A stretch of 64,000 nucleotides of DNA, taken from NCBI RefSeq assembly GCF_036971445.1, contig NC_091470.1:154442001-154506000 (forward strand), in the 5' to 3' direction. Source of the stretch: Narcine bancroftii (taxonomy: Eukaryota). A program made the position numbers and the translations under genes. This document shows positions 1-13,641 of this stretch, in pieces. Within the stretch, counting starts at the first letter, position 1, and each line of letters opens with the position of its first letter. The notes under the pieces are model-generated. The model was not told where the DNA came from and made no database searches. It worked only from the letters and a program-made list of their open reading frames with translations.

Positions 1-2191
1 TCAACACCTGCTCATCAAATGTCCCTCTGCCTCTTGGCATTTTCATTATTGTTGGTGTATTTATTTCTCATGATCAAAAGGAAATGAGATCACTTCTCAA
101 GAGTTGGTGAGTAGAGTCACCATAATCTGCCAACCACTGTCCTATCAAAAGCTTACTTGCATTTTTTTTTTGAAATGTGGTATTCTGACATTTATAGCTT
201 GGCTGAGAAAGGGGATGTCCTTTAGTAATTGAGGTTCCCAGAAACTCTTATTTATAAACCTGCCTGCGGTACACACAACTGGATATTAGATGATATAGAA
301 AAACTTAAACATGGCATCATAAACTAGCATCTAATTATTTCAACTACTTAAATATAGAGATCAGTGATCCAGTTAACAATTGAACCCCTTGTTTCATCTT
401 GTAAAAATAGTGATCTGTTTTTCTCCCTATCTTCTTCTCTTTTTTTTGTGGTCGGTGCTGAACTTTTTCCTGACCTCAAAATCCATCATCTTCCTTTTAT
501 TGAAATGATAACGAATACATTTTCCTGCATCTCAAACCTACAATGTATTTCTTTTATTTCGAGATGAGAATTTTTGCATGCAAATTCAAAATCAAAAGGG
601 AAAATGCTGAACATCAGCATGGATCCACACTTTATTGGGAGTTCTGGTCTTTTAAATATTTGACTGTTCAAGTCCTTTGACAGTAATTCATATTCTCTGT
701 GCTTTCCAATTTCTGTACTGCAGAATAATTTATGTTATAATTATTTTCATTCTCTGAATTTTCTCAGCTCTTCAATGACCAATATTGTTGTTTATTGGGA
801 TGCAAATGTCCACCTGTGAAAGAACATTTTGGGCAATTAAATGTGTAAAAGTTAGTGGGTTGTTTTTGCTCTTCTCTACACAGCACAGCATGGTTATTGA
901 AATCTGTCCACAAAGAACCCACCTCTCAAAATGCAAAAGATCAAAGCCCTGTAAATAGAAAGTTCTGTAAGTGCAGCACAGGTTGGTAGTACCTACAAGT
1001 AAAGGATGTTGTGGATGTATCAGTGTATCTCTTCATTATTACCTGCTTTAGGAAATTCTGGTCATTGCCACAGTTGACCGCGGAAGCCAAGTCATTGGGT
1101 GTATTTAGAGAGGAGCTTCATAAGTTTAATTAGTAAGGCTGTTAAAGGTTATGGGGAGAAGGTAGGAGAAATGAGGCTGAGAGAAAAAATAAATTGGCCA
1201 CTATTTGATTTCTCTGCGGCGAATGGCTTAATTCTGCTCCTTCATCCTGTGGCCTTGTTCATGAGTTTAGCGTTATAAGGAAGGGAAAAGGTTCCTTTGA
1301 CCCACTGCCAGCTCAAAGTTCATCGTGTACAAATCCTACACTTATCCCATTTAATATTTCCTGGCATTATTTTCCACATTTCTATTCATTCTCCATTTAC
1401 ATTCCAGATTCTACCAATCACTTACATACGAGGGCCAATTTACAATGGTCAATTAACCCCAAACCTGCAAGACTTTGTCTGTTGGTTGTTAGATCATTTT
1501 CTCTTGCATGATGTTTTTGCTTTTCAACAGGGATGTAGTCCAAGGTTCTACTTTTAAGTGTGTGTGGTGTAGTTCCCAGAATACCCTTGATTACTACTCA
1601 TTAAACCAGGGTTGAGCTTCTGGCGTGACAGAAATGGTTGTGTGAGGATGTGCCAAACTCTGAGGTTACAGATTATAGTTGTCTACATTTCTGCTGCTGC
1701 TGAAGTTTGTAACACCTCCTGAATGTTCCGTTTATAGCTGCCAGATCTATTCTGCGTAAATCCTATTTAGCACGTCTGTAATGCCACATAACATGATGGA
1801 GGCTGTCCTCCCTCGGTGTAAAAACAGGACTTTGTTTCCACAAGGATTGTGTGATGGTTATTTTTACCAATACTATCATTGACCAACATGTCCTCCAGAG
1901 ATAAATTGCTTCAGATTGTCTCTCGTGTTGGTTCAGCTGAATAAGTGTCCTTGGTTTTAATACATCTCCCCCAATAGGACAAACCTTTGATTAATGAGAA
2001 AAGTACTACTGTGTTTTGCCAACTGATCTACCTTGATATGGTGAGGTGCTAATTGTAACCTATTGGTAGTGGCTATTGAGAACGAATGGATGAATAATAC
2101 AAGAATTATTTTTTTCAAGGAATGCAAGACTCTGCTAACTTGAAGAAAGCACACAGACGTTAAAGGATTGTGCCTTCCTTAAGTTGCTAAC

Positions 2192-5100
2192 ATGTCGAGT
2201 GCTGGACTGGCGGCACAGGACATCCGGAGTCCGCTGAGTAATGGCTTTATGCATGGCAGCCATGGAGTCATCAATAACAAAACCTGCTGGAATCCATCCA
2301 GCACCTTTGACAAGTGAGTTGCCCAATGGTTGATTTAGAAAGTGGAACCTTCACTGATGTGGGAGACAATGTGACAAAATGTAGCACGATTTTTACCATC
2401 AAACCTCTCTGTGAAAGCATTGAGATTTCTCGGTAAACATGGAATAATTGTCAGGGTAAAACTCCAGTGTGTTGGTATTGGGTCTGTCTTGGATTACATT
2501 TGTGCTGGCTGAAATTCACTGCAGATGTTGCAACTTGAACTGTGAATGGGAAGATGAGATTTCATAAAAAGGGTTGAACAGCCACAGGGAAAATGGAGAC
2601 CTTTACAATTGATTCATCGATCATACAATAAACAAGATAAATAATACTGCGATATCAGTTGTGCTGACACCATAAAATACCCTGGTCAAGGTTCAGACCA
2701 ATAGGTTAAGATCTTTTTAGAACTGCACCAATATGGTGTCTTCCTGTGTTGAGTAAAATGATGTTTGCTGGGATCACGGGGAGGGGGGAGGGAAATTGTA
2801 TGTGAAGATGCTCTTGGACTTTCAAACCCTTGATGTATTTCTTAACAGCATTGAAAGGTAAACCAGATCAATACCATTAGTTATCCCAGGTGTCATTTGG
2901 TCACATGGGTATATTTGAGCTGGAACGGCCTGTTACCATACTGTATTTCTAAATTAAAATTTAAAATATATTAAAAAAAGACTTGGACTTCAGAATGGGA
3001 AAATGGGGTGGGGATTGGTGCCTTGGAAGAATAGGATTGGAAGAGATCAAAGGAGTTGAACTTTTGTGTTCTACTGATGAACTTTTTATTCTGACTCTTT
3101 GACAAACCATTTATTTTTCTGTGAATTTTAGCATCTATTTTGCTGACACGACAGCCATGACCTGTGCTTTGAATGCTGCTCCCCATAAACAGCCCTATAT
3201 GGCATCTTCAACCCACCGTAAGTAGTTCCTCTCAAAGGAGTACATCAAAGTTTGAGAATTGGTATTATAAAGAAATTGATTGTGAAAATGGAATAGAACC
3301 ATGTTTATTTAAATATTGGTTCATGGATTGTGGCAGCCAATGGCAATGCCAGCATTTTATTGTCCATTTCCAAGTTTCCCTGAACTGAGTCGGCAGTTAA
3401 TTGTCAACTGCATTATTGTAGAAAGCCTCCAACATCTTGCAAAGGAAAAAATAACTCTGTCTGGGTGTCTAACCTAAATCTATTACTACTTCAGAGAAGT
3501 TGACTTTTAACTAATGTTTGAATTGCCTAGAAGTTCAAAAATACATGACAATCAGGAATGGGAAATAAGCACTAGCCTTACCAGTTATGTTTTGTTTCTA
3601 TGTGACAGCACATAATAGCCTGAATACGCCTGCGATTGTCCGATCTTGGAAGCTAAGCAGGTTCAGGACTGGTCAGTACTTGGAGGGGAGTCCGCCAAGG
3701 AACACCAGGTGCTGTAGGTTTCTGTGAGGGGTGCTGGATAAAGTATGTTGCATTCTAAGTGTACTATTATGTGACAATAATGGAATCTTTACCTTAACTC
3801 TGCTTGGTAAACTATTTCCCTACCTGTTATGATACTATTTCATGTGGGCTGAGGCAATGTGAAGCCCTGTTTCTGAGGTACGTTCTCTTGCTCATAATTA
3901 TTACCAAGAAATTCCATGAATTTTGTTTAATTACCGTAATTCTTGGTAGTTCTTGAAATGTCACCTTGAGTGAGGTACTGAGATGGCCAATGGCTCTAGA
4001 ACTCAGACCTCAGCAAAGAGGGAAGGAGAGGGAGAAAATTGATGGTCATTGAACATTTAAAAAAAAAATAAAATAAACACTCCTTCTCTCCCATCAAACA
4101 GGACAAGAAACAGTGCCACTTGGACTGAACAGAGACTGTTGTTTTGGAAACTGCCTCAGATCATCCTTCCACAAGCTGCAACCACCGCCCCTGCAAATGC
4201 AAAATTGTGAGGAGTCGTGTGCACAGCTGGAGAAGGATCAGCTGCTGTCTCCGTTTAGGAAACTCTCCGTGAATAGCACTGTGCTGTCGCCACTTCAAAC
4301 ACCAGTGAGGGGATCAACTGCACTAATTAATTCTGGATGTTCTAGCGATCGAAGCTCGAAGCCACTTCCCCCGCTGCCTCTCACTGGTGACGTGTCCTTT
4401 GATGACGTGGACAGTGAGGTTGAGTCCATTACAAACTCTGAAACTGACTCACTCTTGCAGGAGAGCAAGCCAATCAGTTTCCGGTATGGGGCTCCCAGCA
4501 GGAGGAGCTTCCGTGGATGTGGGCAGACCAACTATGCCTACTCTGAGGGCGTCAGTCAGACTAAATTGCCAGAGAGTTGCCTAGTTGTGAAAGATAGCAA
4601 CCTGGAAAATAAAGAGGTCGCTGAGCAACCCACCCGGCCTCGCCGTAAGTTACGGCGTTCACATTCCGGCCCAGCTGGATCCTACAACAAGCCCGCCATG
4701 TTGAAAAATACAAGCTGCCTGTCCAGCTCTTCGGCAAATTCCAATGAGGTGAAGCCTGAGATCCCCCCTCGAGTACCCATACCCCCACGGCCGATGAAAA
4801 ACGACTACCGGAGATGGTCTGCAGAGGTGATGTCAGCCATGCACTGTGATGAGGACAAGCCGCCAAAAGTCCCTCCACGGGAACCAATGTCCAGAAGCAA
4901 TTCGCGCACTCCAAGCCCCAAAAGTATCCCGGCCTACCTCAACGGAGTGATGCCCCCAACACGAAGCTTTGCACCGGACCCCAAATACGTCAGCAGCAAA
5001 GCCCTCCAGCGGCAGGCAAGTGATGGGGCAGCCACACGGATACCCTGCATTTTGCCGATCATTGAAGATGGAAAGAAAGTGAGCTCTACACACTACTACC

Positions 5101-5252
5101 TGCTGCCCGAGAGACCTTCCTATCTTCACAAATTTCCAAAATGTTTTGTGGAGGTCCCGTCCTCTGAGGAATCAAATGATTGCTCGGCGGAGAGCTTCAA
5201 GACATTTGCATTGACCAAACCGGTGATAGTAAAACAGAAACTTGTTTCTTGA
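2192..5252 (+). CDS. ERRFI1: ERBB receptor feedback inhibitor 1 (MIG6), 3 coding exons: 2192-2313, 3132-3217, 4102-5252; 452 aa
   Basis: The first coding exon reads MSSAGLAAQDIRSPLSNGF (human MSIAGVAAQEIRVPLKTGF). GT/AG boundaries give consistent phases (2, 1) and 1359 nt in total. The last exon has PPRVPIPP, PPKVPPREP, SPKSIPAYLNGVMPPTRSFAPDPKYVS and CILPIIEDGKKVSSTHYYLLPERP (EGFR-binding region). Confidence 0.95.
3615..3795 (+). mobile_element. 5S rRNA-derived SINE (SINE3-like) in ERRFI1 intron
   Basis: GATCTTGGAAGCTAAGCAGG..GGTCAGTACTTGGA..CCAGGTGCTGTAGGTTT matches the 5S rRNA internal region. It is followed by a non-5S tail shared with the copy at 33143-33402. Confidence 0.75.
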
Positions 5253-6199
5253 GTAGCATAAAAAACAATAGTAGCAAGGCTCCTGGTTTGCAGAATCCAC
5301 AGGAAAATGAAATCGAACTGTAGAATGAGATCCCAAACCCTCATCAGTGAAATTCCATATAGTATATGTGGAGTATATGACTTGACCATTATCTATAATC
5401 CAGAGGTCCTTGAACAAACCACCAGTGGATGTCCAGTTTAGATTTTGCTGTAAAATTGTTTTGTGATCTTTTCATCAGTATGCCTCAGTTTTTATTGCAC
5501 TTTATCTACTTTTGGAACTTCTCAACGAGCCGTGAACTGGACATTGGGCATGGTCACAAAGCTGTTTGATGTTTTAGCAGGTGCCGTATCTATTTCGGTC
5601 CTTCATGGACATGTAATACCAGCACAACTAAGTCAAGATTAGTTTCTCTGGCCAAAACCTTTCTCATCCCTTGTGGTTGAGAAACTGCAGCATTTATTAC
5701 TGGGCAGTATACATAAAATAATTGTGCTTGGTATAATTTCAGCTCAGGGATGCTCAATGAAGGTCATGTATCACTTAATGGCTATTTAAGTGAAAAAAAG
5801 TATTATGTTCAAGTGAAGGGATAGAATTAAATGGTTTTTTTTAAGCACAGATTTGCTATAGGTTCATGTCTCTGCCTCTTTCCCCACTCCCTACCAACCC
5901 AACAATTTGCAGCATTTGTAGTATGATGGTGTAAAAATTCCAAAGTTCAGAAGGAATGGAGTGAGCAACTTTTTTTTAACTTCAAAGATGAGAAATCTCC
6001 ATGCTGCTGTTTCGTTTCCACCTTCTGCAAGTGTTGAGTGGATGTGGTTGGAGGAAGGAGGGCTGGTAGTGGGAAGGGTTCAGCATTGTCAGAGTCTAAT
6101 CATTCACTACATAACAACACTGGAAGCTTGTCTGTTCTCCACTGTTCTAACTTAACGCACAATATGTTCTGCACTTGGCAAAAAAAAAATGTGCAGATG

Positions 6200-6560
6200 C
6201 TCTGGCTGTTTAGTGGGAGTTGATGTGGTTAAGGACCTGTTGGGTGCAAGACTGCTGAAATGTGGTTTTGACAAGCTACCCTTTGAGATTATGTCCAGAT
6301 GCTCATTCAAAGCGATCACAAAAGGTACCAGAGTTGAATTGATGGGCAGAGGGATCTGAGAACCAGGCCCAGAGCTCCTTAAAGGTGGCTACACAAGTAG
6401 ATAGGGTGGTAAAGAATGTGTATGACATTCATTCTCTCCTTCGAGAGTCAGGGGATTGAGTACAAGAGTATTGTAGCTATGTATAACTTCAGTTTGGTCA
6501 CACTTGTGCAATTCTGGTCACCCCTGAAAGGAAGGATGTGGAGCCTTTGGAAAGAATACA
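6200..6560 (+). mobile_element. Degenerate CR1-type LINE fragment
   Basis: CR1-like segments: GAGGGATCTGAG..AAAGGTGGCTACACAAGTAGATAGGGTGGTAAAGAA..GGGATTGAGTACAAGAG..GTGCAATTCTGGTCACC. Confidence 0.6.
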
Positions 6561-6799
6561 GAATACATTTATCAGAATGTTGGAAACACAGGAAATCTCC
6601 TGGGAGAACTCAGCAGGAGTGATTCATGAACATCAGCAACTCCTAATGTAGGGTTCCAACCATTCTTTTACTGATGCTGCTCGACCCACTGAGTTCTGCC
6701 AGTGGATTATTTTTATTAATCACGATGCTGCCTGGATGAGACAGTTTGAGCAATGGGGAGATAACAAGTTTATTATCATACACGTTATAAAACGTTCAT

Positions 6800-7231
6800 G
6801 TGCACCAAGATTCTTGCTCGTGCACCAAGATTCTTGCTCGTGCACCAAGATTCTTGCTCGTGCACCAAGATTCTTGCTCGTGCACCAAGATTCTTGCTCG
6901 TGCACCAAGATTCTTGCTCGTGCACCAAGATTCTTGCTCGTGCACCAAGATTCTTGCTCGTGCACCAAGATTCTTGCTCGTGCACCAAGATTCTTGCTCG
7001 TGCACCAAGATTCTTGCTCGTGCACCAAGATTCTTGCTCGTGCACCAAGATTCTTGCTCGTGCACCAAGATTCTTGCTCGTGCACCAAGATTCTTGCTCG
7101 TGCACCAAGATTCTTGCTCGTGCACCAAGATTCTTGCTCGTGCACCAAGATTCTTGCTCGTGCACCAAGATTCTTGCTCGTGCACCAAGATTCTTGCTCG
7201 TGCACCAAGATTCTTGCTCGTGCACCAAGAT
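6800..7231. repeat. Perfect 20-bp minisatellite (TGCACCAAGATTCTTGCTCG) x ~21.5
   Basis: Identical units are read directly from 6801-7220, plus a partial unit. This explains the six spurious ORFs here. Confidence 0.98.
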
Positions 7232-7289
7232 CATTTTAAAAAAATATAGCATACATAAATTTTAAAAAATGATGAACCAAAACATAATA

Positions 7290-7692
7290 ATGGAGGTGAT
7301 GGACAAACTTGGGTTGTTTTTTTTTCTGGAGTGTTACAGGCTGAAGGGAGAGCTGATGAAGGTTTATATTAAAAAAATGCATAGATATAGTGATTATCTT
7401 TTTCCCTTGATACTTGTCACCTACTAGAGGACACGAGTTTGAAGTGAAAGGGGGAAATGTTTAAAGGAGATGAGTGGGATAAGTTTTTACAATAATTGGA
7501 AGGTGCCTGGTATTGGCTGCAGGGTAGTGATGGAAGCAGATGCAGTTGTGGAGTTTGAGAGGTTTCTAGATAGACACATGAATTGTCAAAGGATGGAGAG
7601 ATATGCATCATGTGCAAGTAGTAGAGGTTTGGTTTGGCCATCATGGTCAGTGCAGCCATTGTAATTTCTGTGTTCAGCTGCTCTATGTTCTG
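7290..7692 (+). mobile_element. CR1 LINE 3' fragment
   Basis: GGACAAACTTGGGTTGTTTT..AGGCTGAAGGGAGAGCTGAT..GAGAGGTTTCTAGATAGACACATG, ending in a CTGCTCTATGTTCT tail typical of CR1 3' ends. Confidence 0.65.
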
Positions 7693-10600
7693 GTACAGCC
7701 AAATTCTGACCTTGTATGCATGTTATACGGGGCCAAGTACTAGATTTTTAGACATAGCCACCACACTCCACAATAGCTACTTTCCAGGAGTTCTTGCCAT
7801 GTGTTTGTGGAGAAACATGGTGCCTACCTTTGGTGGTGTATGGCCTTTAGTGATTCAGGCCTTGGACTCGCCAAGTTTGTACTTGGCATCATTCTATCAT
7901 CTGGAATTGGGGGAGGAGGAAGGAAGACAAAGAGAAACCATTCAGGAAGTAAGTGACTGAAGAATGTTGGACCTTTCTGTCCTGACAAAGCTCCCTGCTG
8001 AATGTCAGTGAAAAGGAAGGATACTTCAACAGGAATTTGATTCAGAAATAAAACAATATTCTTCACCCTCCTCATAAATAAATATGAGCATAATTAGAAA
8101 CCTTGGAGATAAGCAACTATGTTTGTAATAATAAATTAAAATGGGTTGAGTAAAGGGTAGCGTGATAAAAGGCTTGATACTAACCTACAAGCTAGTTTAC
8201 ATGATATAGGATTGGACTAGGGACCTACATGAAGAATCATGCAGTACTTTTTGGGAAGTTTTGCATATTAGAAACTAATTAACCGTATGTAACATAAATG
8301 AAGGCTTATATTCTCGTTTATACTCACTGGCTGTATCATATTTTGTTTCTATAATATTTGTTGAAAAGCCTCAGAACAATGTTTCTGTGGATCTGTGCAG
8401 TATTATTACATTTATTTTTTAAAAAATCTTGGCTGTCTTTCTTTTCAGTTGTATATGTTGGTGGGATTTTGATTTCTCTCCATATACAGCTGCTCTCCCA
8501 ATGCAGTTTGGTGATAAACTTGCTACTGTGACAAGCTAATGAAAATTCAATGCATGAACAGCACTGCACCTACACACTGTTCAAGCTCTGACTTTGACCT
8601 GTAGCAATTGTTGAAAAGTCTCTCCCTTGGGGCACATTACAGACTTTCTGTTCTCTTGTAGCTTAATTGGAAGCGAGAGCAATGTTTTACACATGATGTG
8701 CAGGGGTGGGCCCTTCACACCAAACCAGCTACACAGGAGTCAATTGTTCCCTGCTTGGTGGATACAGATGTACAGGAACTTGGACTGAAATGCACACACA
8801 TGAGATGAACATAATAGAAGGAATGAATTATTTTTCAGGAAAGTACGTACTAAATTTTAAAAAAAATTGCATATACAGTACATAGTACCATTCAATGCCA
8901 CAGGCTGTTAGAATTTTAGTCAGTGTGAAATATGGCTGCTGGTATAAGATGGTAGCCAATTTATGCAGAGCAAACTGTTCATAACAGTATGGTAAAGAAA
9001 TGACCAGATAAATAGTTTCTAAAACCTTCCTTGCATCCAGTTCCAGCTTCCTTTATCTTATCCATCAATGAGTTTAGAATATAACAGATTAATTCATTCA
9101 GCCAGACATTCCCCTTTGAACCCTTGCCTAAGTAGATGTCGCCTTGTGTTACATTCTCAACCTTTTTTTGACTATGGGCCTCTTAGGACTCTGCTCAAAG
9201 TTTATGGCCCCCTTCCCTGAGAAGTTTTGCTAGCTTTGGCTTCTTCTGTTCTCTCCTACTGACTACATAAAGAAATATTTTATGATTTCTGTCTGTGGCT
9301 TGCCTTAAAAAATGGCAGATATTTTCCATTTGTTTTCACAGTTCATACAAAACTAGTAAAAAAATTTAAAAATGAGAGACTTAAAACAATAAATACAAGT
9401 TGATAAAAAGATATGTAAATTAGTGGTTTGAGAGACCAACAAATTTCTTGTGACCTGCATTCTAACAATCTAATAGAAATGCTTCAGTAATAGTGTATTT
9501 CTTGTGAACTTTCAAAATACCCTATATCCTGGAAGGGTCCCTTTCACTTGGGAAACTGCAAATGGTTGTTTTTGAGAAAAGAATGGAGGAAGCTAACATT
9601 TCAGATATTTTAACATGGGATCACGCTGGTTTCCGTTATGAAGGAAATAGTAAAAGTAATGGAAGTTCTTACCATGTTCTGTTCTTGTCCTGCATTACCT
9701 GATCCTCAGACTGTTCTACTTTCGTGGTCCTGAAGTATTAAACCAGAATCACTTGTTTATAAATCAACTCCTCAACCCTGAACCCAAGTAATCTATGAAT
9801 AACAAAGCACTCTCTGGATTTTTATGTTTATAATCACAGGAATCTTGACTGATCACGTCTTTTAATTCCCCATTTGTTTTCTCTCAATCAGCTTTTTCTA
9901 TCACAAATGGATCATTTCATTTCACCAAGGTGTTTTGGAAATATTTCTGGGGAGCCAAATGTACTTCATTTATAAACATTTATATGACCCATGCCTTGTG
10001 GATGTCATACATTCTCTTATGCCTGCAGGGAAAAGATATTTTTTAACCATTAGAAATGCTACTATTGAATTACTTTAGATTTTAAGTTGATTAGTTTGAA
10101 TGTATTTGCAGTGTTGTGAGATGTAGGTTAGGCACTCAGATAAAATGCCCGAACAATAGAACAACAGAGAATGAGTCGACACTTTTGTGTCATTTATCCA
10201 CACCTGTTTTTGTTGAAGTGGCTCAATTCATTTAAGTTCAGAAAAGCTAGTTGCTGGATCAACTGATGCTTTCTACATTCAGAAATAGTATGGCTTAACT
10301 CCTGTCAGTGAGTTGTTATAATTTGACATTGTAATGTGAAATAGGAAAGATGCATTCACATGAGCTACTAATACTAACAAGAGTCATCCCCGACATGATG
10401 GAAATTCTTATCCCATTCTTCCAATGTGGCAATTTCCAATCTATTTTCATCACCAATCATTCTATATCATCACCTAATCTCCATTTTCCGTACTGTTATG
10501 TCCAAAGAGTGCTCAGTGATGAGTATCTGCACAGTCTAGATAAAAGGAACTGACCCAAAAATTTGATAATTTCTCTTCATTGATGTTGCTTGACTTACAG

Positions 10601-10854
10601 AGTCGTTCCTGCCTCTGTTCACTCAACCACTATCTGCTGGTTTGTGTTTCTCTGCAGTATATTTAACATTAAAGTAACCTTCAATTTAATGAGACAAAAA
10701 AAGTAAAGCAACATTCCAAACAGGGATATTCAGAGGGATTTATGTTTTAATCTATTCACAATATGTAGATGACAGTGGCCTCCATTATCTGTCTCTTACT
10801 GCCTCTGAGAGGAAGCAGTTGAAAGGCAACAAGTGGAGTGAAACACAAAAGACT

Positions 10855-11980
10855 TCAGATGCTGCGATTGTAGTCAAAACACAGAAATGCTGGAGGAACT
10901 GTCAGTCTCGCGGTATCCATAGAAGATAAAGATATATTAATGACGTTTCGAGCCTGACCTCTTCCTCCAGGTATAAATGAAAAAAAGATGGGCATCTGAA
11001 TTAAAGACCGGTGGGGGGGGGGAAATGGGAGGAAGAGGAGTACAGAAGACAAAAGGTGTTAATTGGATATATTAAGAGGAAAGGTGAGAATTGATTTTGG
11101 TTCAGTGAAATTGGCTCAGTGAAAGGAGAGAGAAAGAAAAAAGATGGAGGGGGGGGTGTTTCAACAGAAAACAGATGTTGATATTAATGCCATTTGATTG
11201 GAGGATGTCCAGACAGAAGATGAGGTGTTCCAATTTGCAGGTGGTCTCAGTCTGGCAGTGCATGAGACCATGGACAAACATGTCAGCAAGGGAATGGGGT
11301 GGGGAATTGAAATGGATGGCCACAGGGAGATCCACAGTATTGTAGTGGACAGAGCTGAGGTTCTCAATGAAATAATCTCCCAGTCTGCAGAGGAGACCAC
11401 CACGAGAGCACTGGATGCAATAGATAACCCCTGTATATTCATAAGTGAAGTGTTAGTTCACTTGGAAGGACTGATTGGGACACCGAATGGTGGTGAGAGA
11501 GGAGGTATGGGTGCAAGTGGAGCATATCCTGTGGTCAGATGGGTAGGAGCTAAAGGGGGAAAATGGTTGGGAGGGAGAGGTGGACAAGGGAGTCAAGGAG
11601 CGATCCCTACAGAAGGCAGAAAGCAAAATATTTGTTTGGTGGTGAGATCACATAGTAGTTGGTAGAAATGGCGGAGGAATATATATTGGATGTGGAGGAT
11701 GGTGGGGTGGTCGTTGAGGACAAGGAGTGTTGTTTGAAGGAGGTCATCTCTAAAGATCTGGCATCAAAGTCCTCAATCTGGGAGACAGAGGAATTGAGAG
11801 AAAGGAATAGAATTCTTATGGGGACAAGTTGTGAAGAGGTGTAGTCGAGGTAGCTGTGGGAATTGGTGGGTTTGTAGAAGATGACTGTCAATAGTTTGTC
11901 TCAGATCAAGACAGAGAGATCGAGAAAAGGAAAGTGTTGCTAGAGATGGAGCAAATGAATTTGAGTCACATTTAGACAAA
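10855..11980 (-). mobile_element. Penelope-like retroelement remnant
   Basis: The minus-strand peptide IFYKPTNSHSYLDYTSS is the PLE RT C-terminal KPT..YL..S.HP motif. The flanking terminal-repeat segment resembles copies at ~24600, ~43750, ~45140 and ~57010. Confidence 0.65.
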
Positions 11981-12352
11981 ACTGGATTTGGAAGATTTCC
12001 TCCCCTAAATAAACAATGATAGATTTTTTTTGAATATCATATTTCTGAAACTATCTTCTTTTAAATTTCAGATTTATTCAATAACTTGGGCCATCTTGGA
12101 ATTAAAATGAGATCTGAGATATATGAATCTTAGTTAAGTGAATTGGGCACTAAGCACTGAATTGAAGAGTGGTTGTAGTGAGGGATGAAGATACAGAACC
12201 AGGGTGCTTGATGGAGGGAACTGGAAAGCACTGTGGTATCACAGCATCCCCTAGTGTCCAGTACCTGCACTATGACAACAAACAAAGTCTTTATGAAACT
12301 GTATCATGTGAAAAAATTCTGCATTCACATAGTACACAGTAAAAAATAAAAG

Positions 12353-13641
12353 TTCAGAATTCAAGGAGTAGTTCCAAAACAACTGATGAATGATCATATA
12401 AAACTCCATCTCATTTGATATAACCCAAGACAAAACTTGTCTTGTACAGCAAGGCATGTGGGGTTGTGCAGAGTAACTACGAGATGGAGGTCAGAATGTT
12501 GTAGAATTGGGCCTCCAAATAAGAGTTGCATGCCATTCGACACCTCTTACAATGCTCAGGCTTCTCTGCATCTATTCTCAATATTTACATCAAGGTCTGA
12601 AAGGACGTGAAGCTAAATGTAATATTAGCGATCACTTTTCCAATGAAATTCTATTGTGTGGCCCAAATTAATGTCACACACGATGATGGAAGTTCAGAGA
12701 TTTGATGTTTACATACGAGGCCACCACAGATCCAATGTCGTGAGCTCTATCATTTCCCATTGAATATGGTGTTAAACATGTTCCAGTTCACTCTGGTTCC
12801 CGAAGCCAGCTTCCAGATTGTTTATGCACTGGGAGTTATCCAATTCTGTACTGCAGTTGTCAGTCTGAAGCAGCTGGATCCAATGAACCTCCCAAGACCA
12901 AGGTCCAGAGAAATTCTTGGGCAGAATTGTGAGTCAAAAGTTAATAAAATAGGTCGCTGATTTTTGCATTTTTTTCCTCTCACCTTTCTACATCTGAATG
13001 AGGTTTAAATGTGATTCTTATGCTACCTATCAAACCGTGCATCTTGGCGCCTCACAGTTTGGCGGGCAGCAACCTCCTTTGAAGAAGACCGCAGAGCCTA
13101 CCTCACTGACAAAAGGCAAAGGAGGAAAAACCCAACACCCAACCCCAACCCACCAATTTTCCCCTGCAACCGCTGCAATCGTGTCTGCCTGTCCCGCATC
13201 GGACTTGTCAGCCACAAACGAGCCTGCAGCTGACGTGGACTTTTTACCCCCTCCATAAATCTTCGTCCGCGAAGCCAAGCAAAAGAAAGATTAAACATAC
13301 ATGGGGATATGCTTACTATATCCCTGTACACATCAGAGTAGCTCTGACAATCTAATTCCCCACAGCATGTACAACTTTGAGCTTCACATCCTTTCAGACC
13401 TTGATGTAAATATTGAGAATAGATGCAGAGAAGCCTGAGCATTGTAAGAGGTGTCGAATGGCATGCAACTCTTATTTAGAGGCCCAATTCTACAACATTC
13501 TGACCTCCATCTCGTAGTTACTCTGCACAACCCCACATGCCTTGCTGTACAAAACAAGTTTTGTCCTGGGTTATACCAAATGAGATGGAGTTTTAAATGA
13601 TCATTCATCAGTTGTTTTGGAACTGTTCCTTGAATTCTGAA
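12353..13641. repeat. Long inverted repeat: arms 12353-12614 and 13380-13641 (~262 bp), ~765 bp spacer
   Basis: TTCAGAATTCAAGG...GGTCTGAAAGGACGTGAAGCT is mirrored as its reverse complement with only scattered mismatches. Confidence 0.92.
13030..13290 (+). mobile_element. RTE-clade LINE 3' end
   Basis: Encodes ..[26 protein letters not shown], followed by a 3' UTR and a GAAA tail. Near-identical to three other copies in the window. Confidence 0.85.

Noticed and set aside
3615-3722. Possible 5S rRNA gene
   Set aside because: It is diverged from 5S, lacks a proper 5' end and continues into a tail shared with a second dispersed copy, so it is a SINE.
6720-7265. Six overlapping 130-167 aa ORFs; CRISPR-like appearance
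   Set aside because: These are translations of a stop-free 20-bp tandem repeat. There are no unique spacers and the context is eukaryotic.
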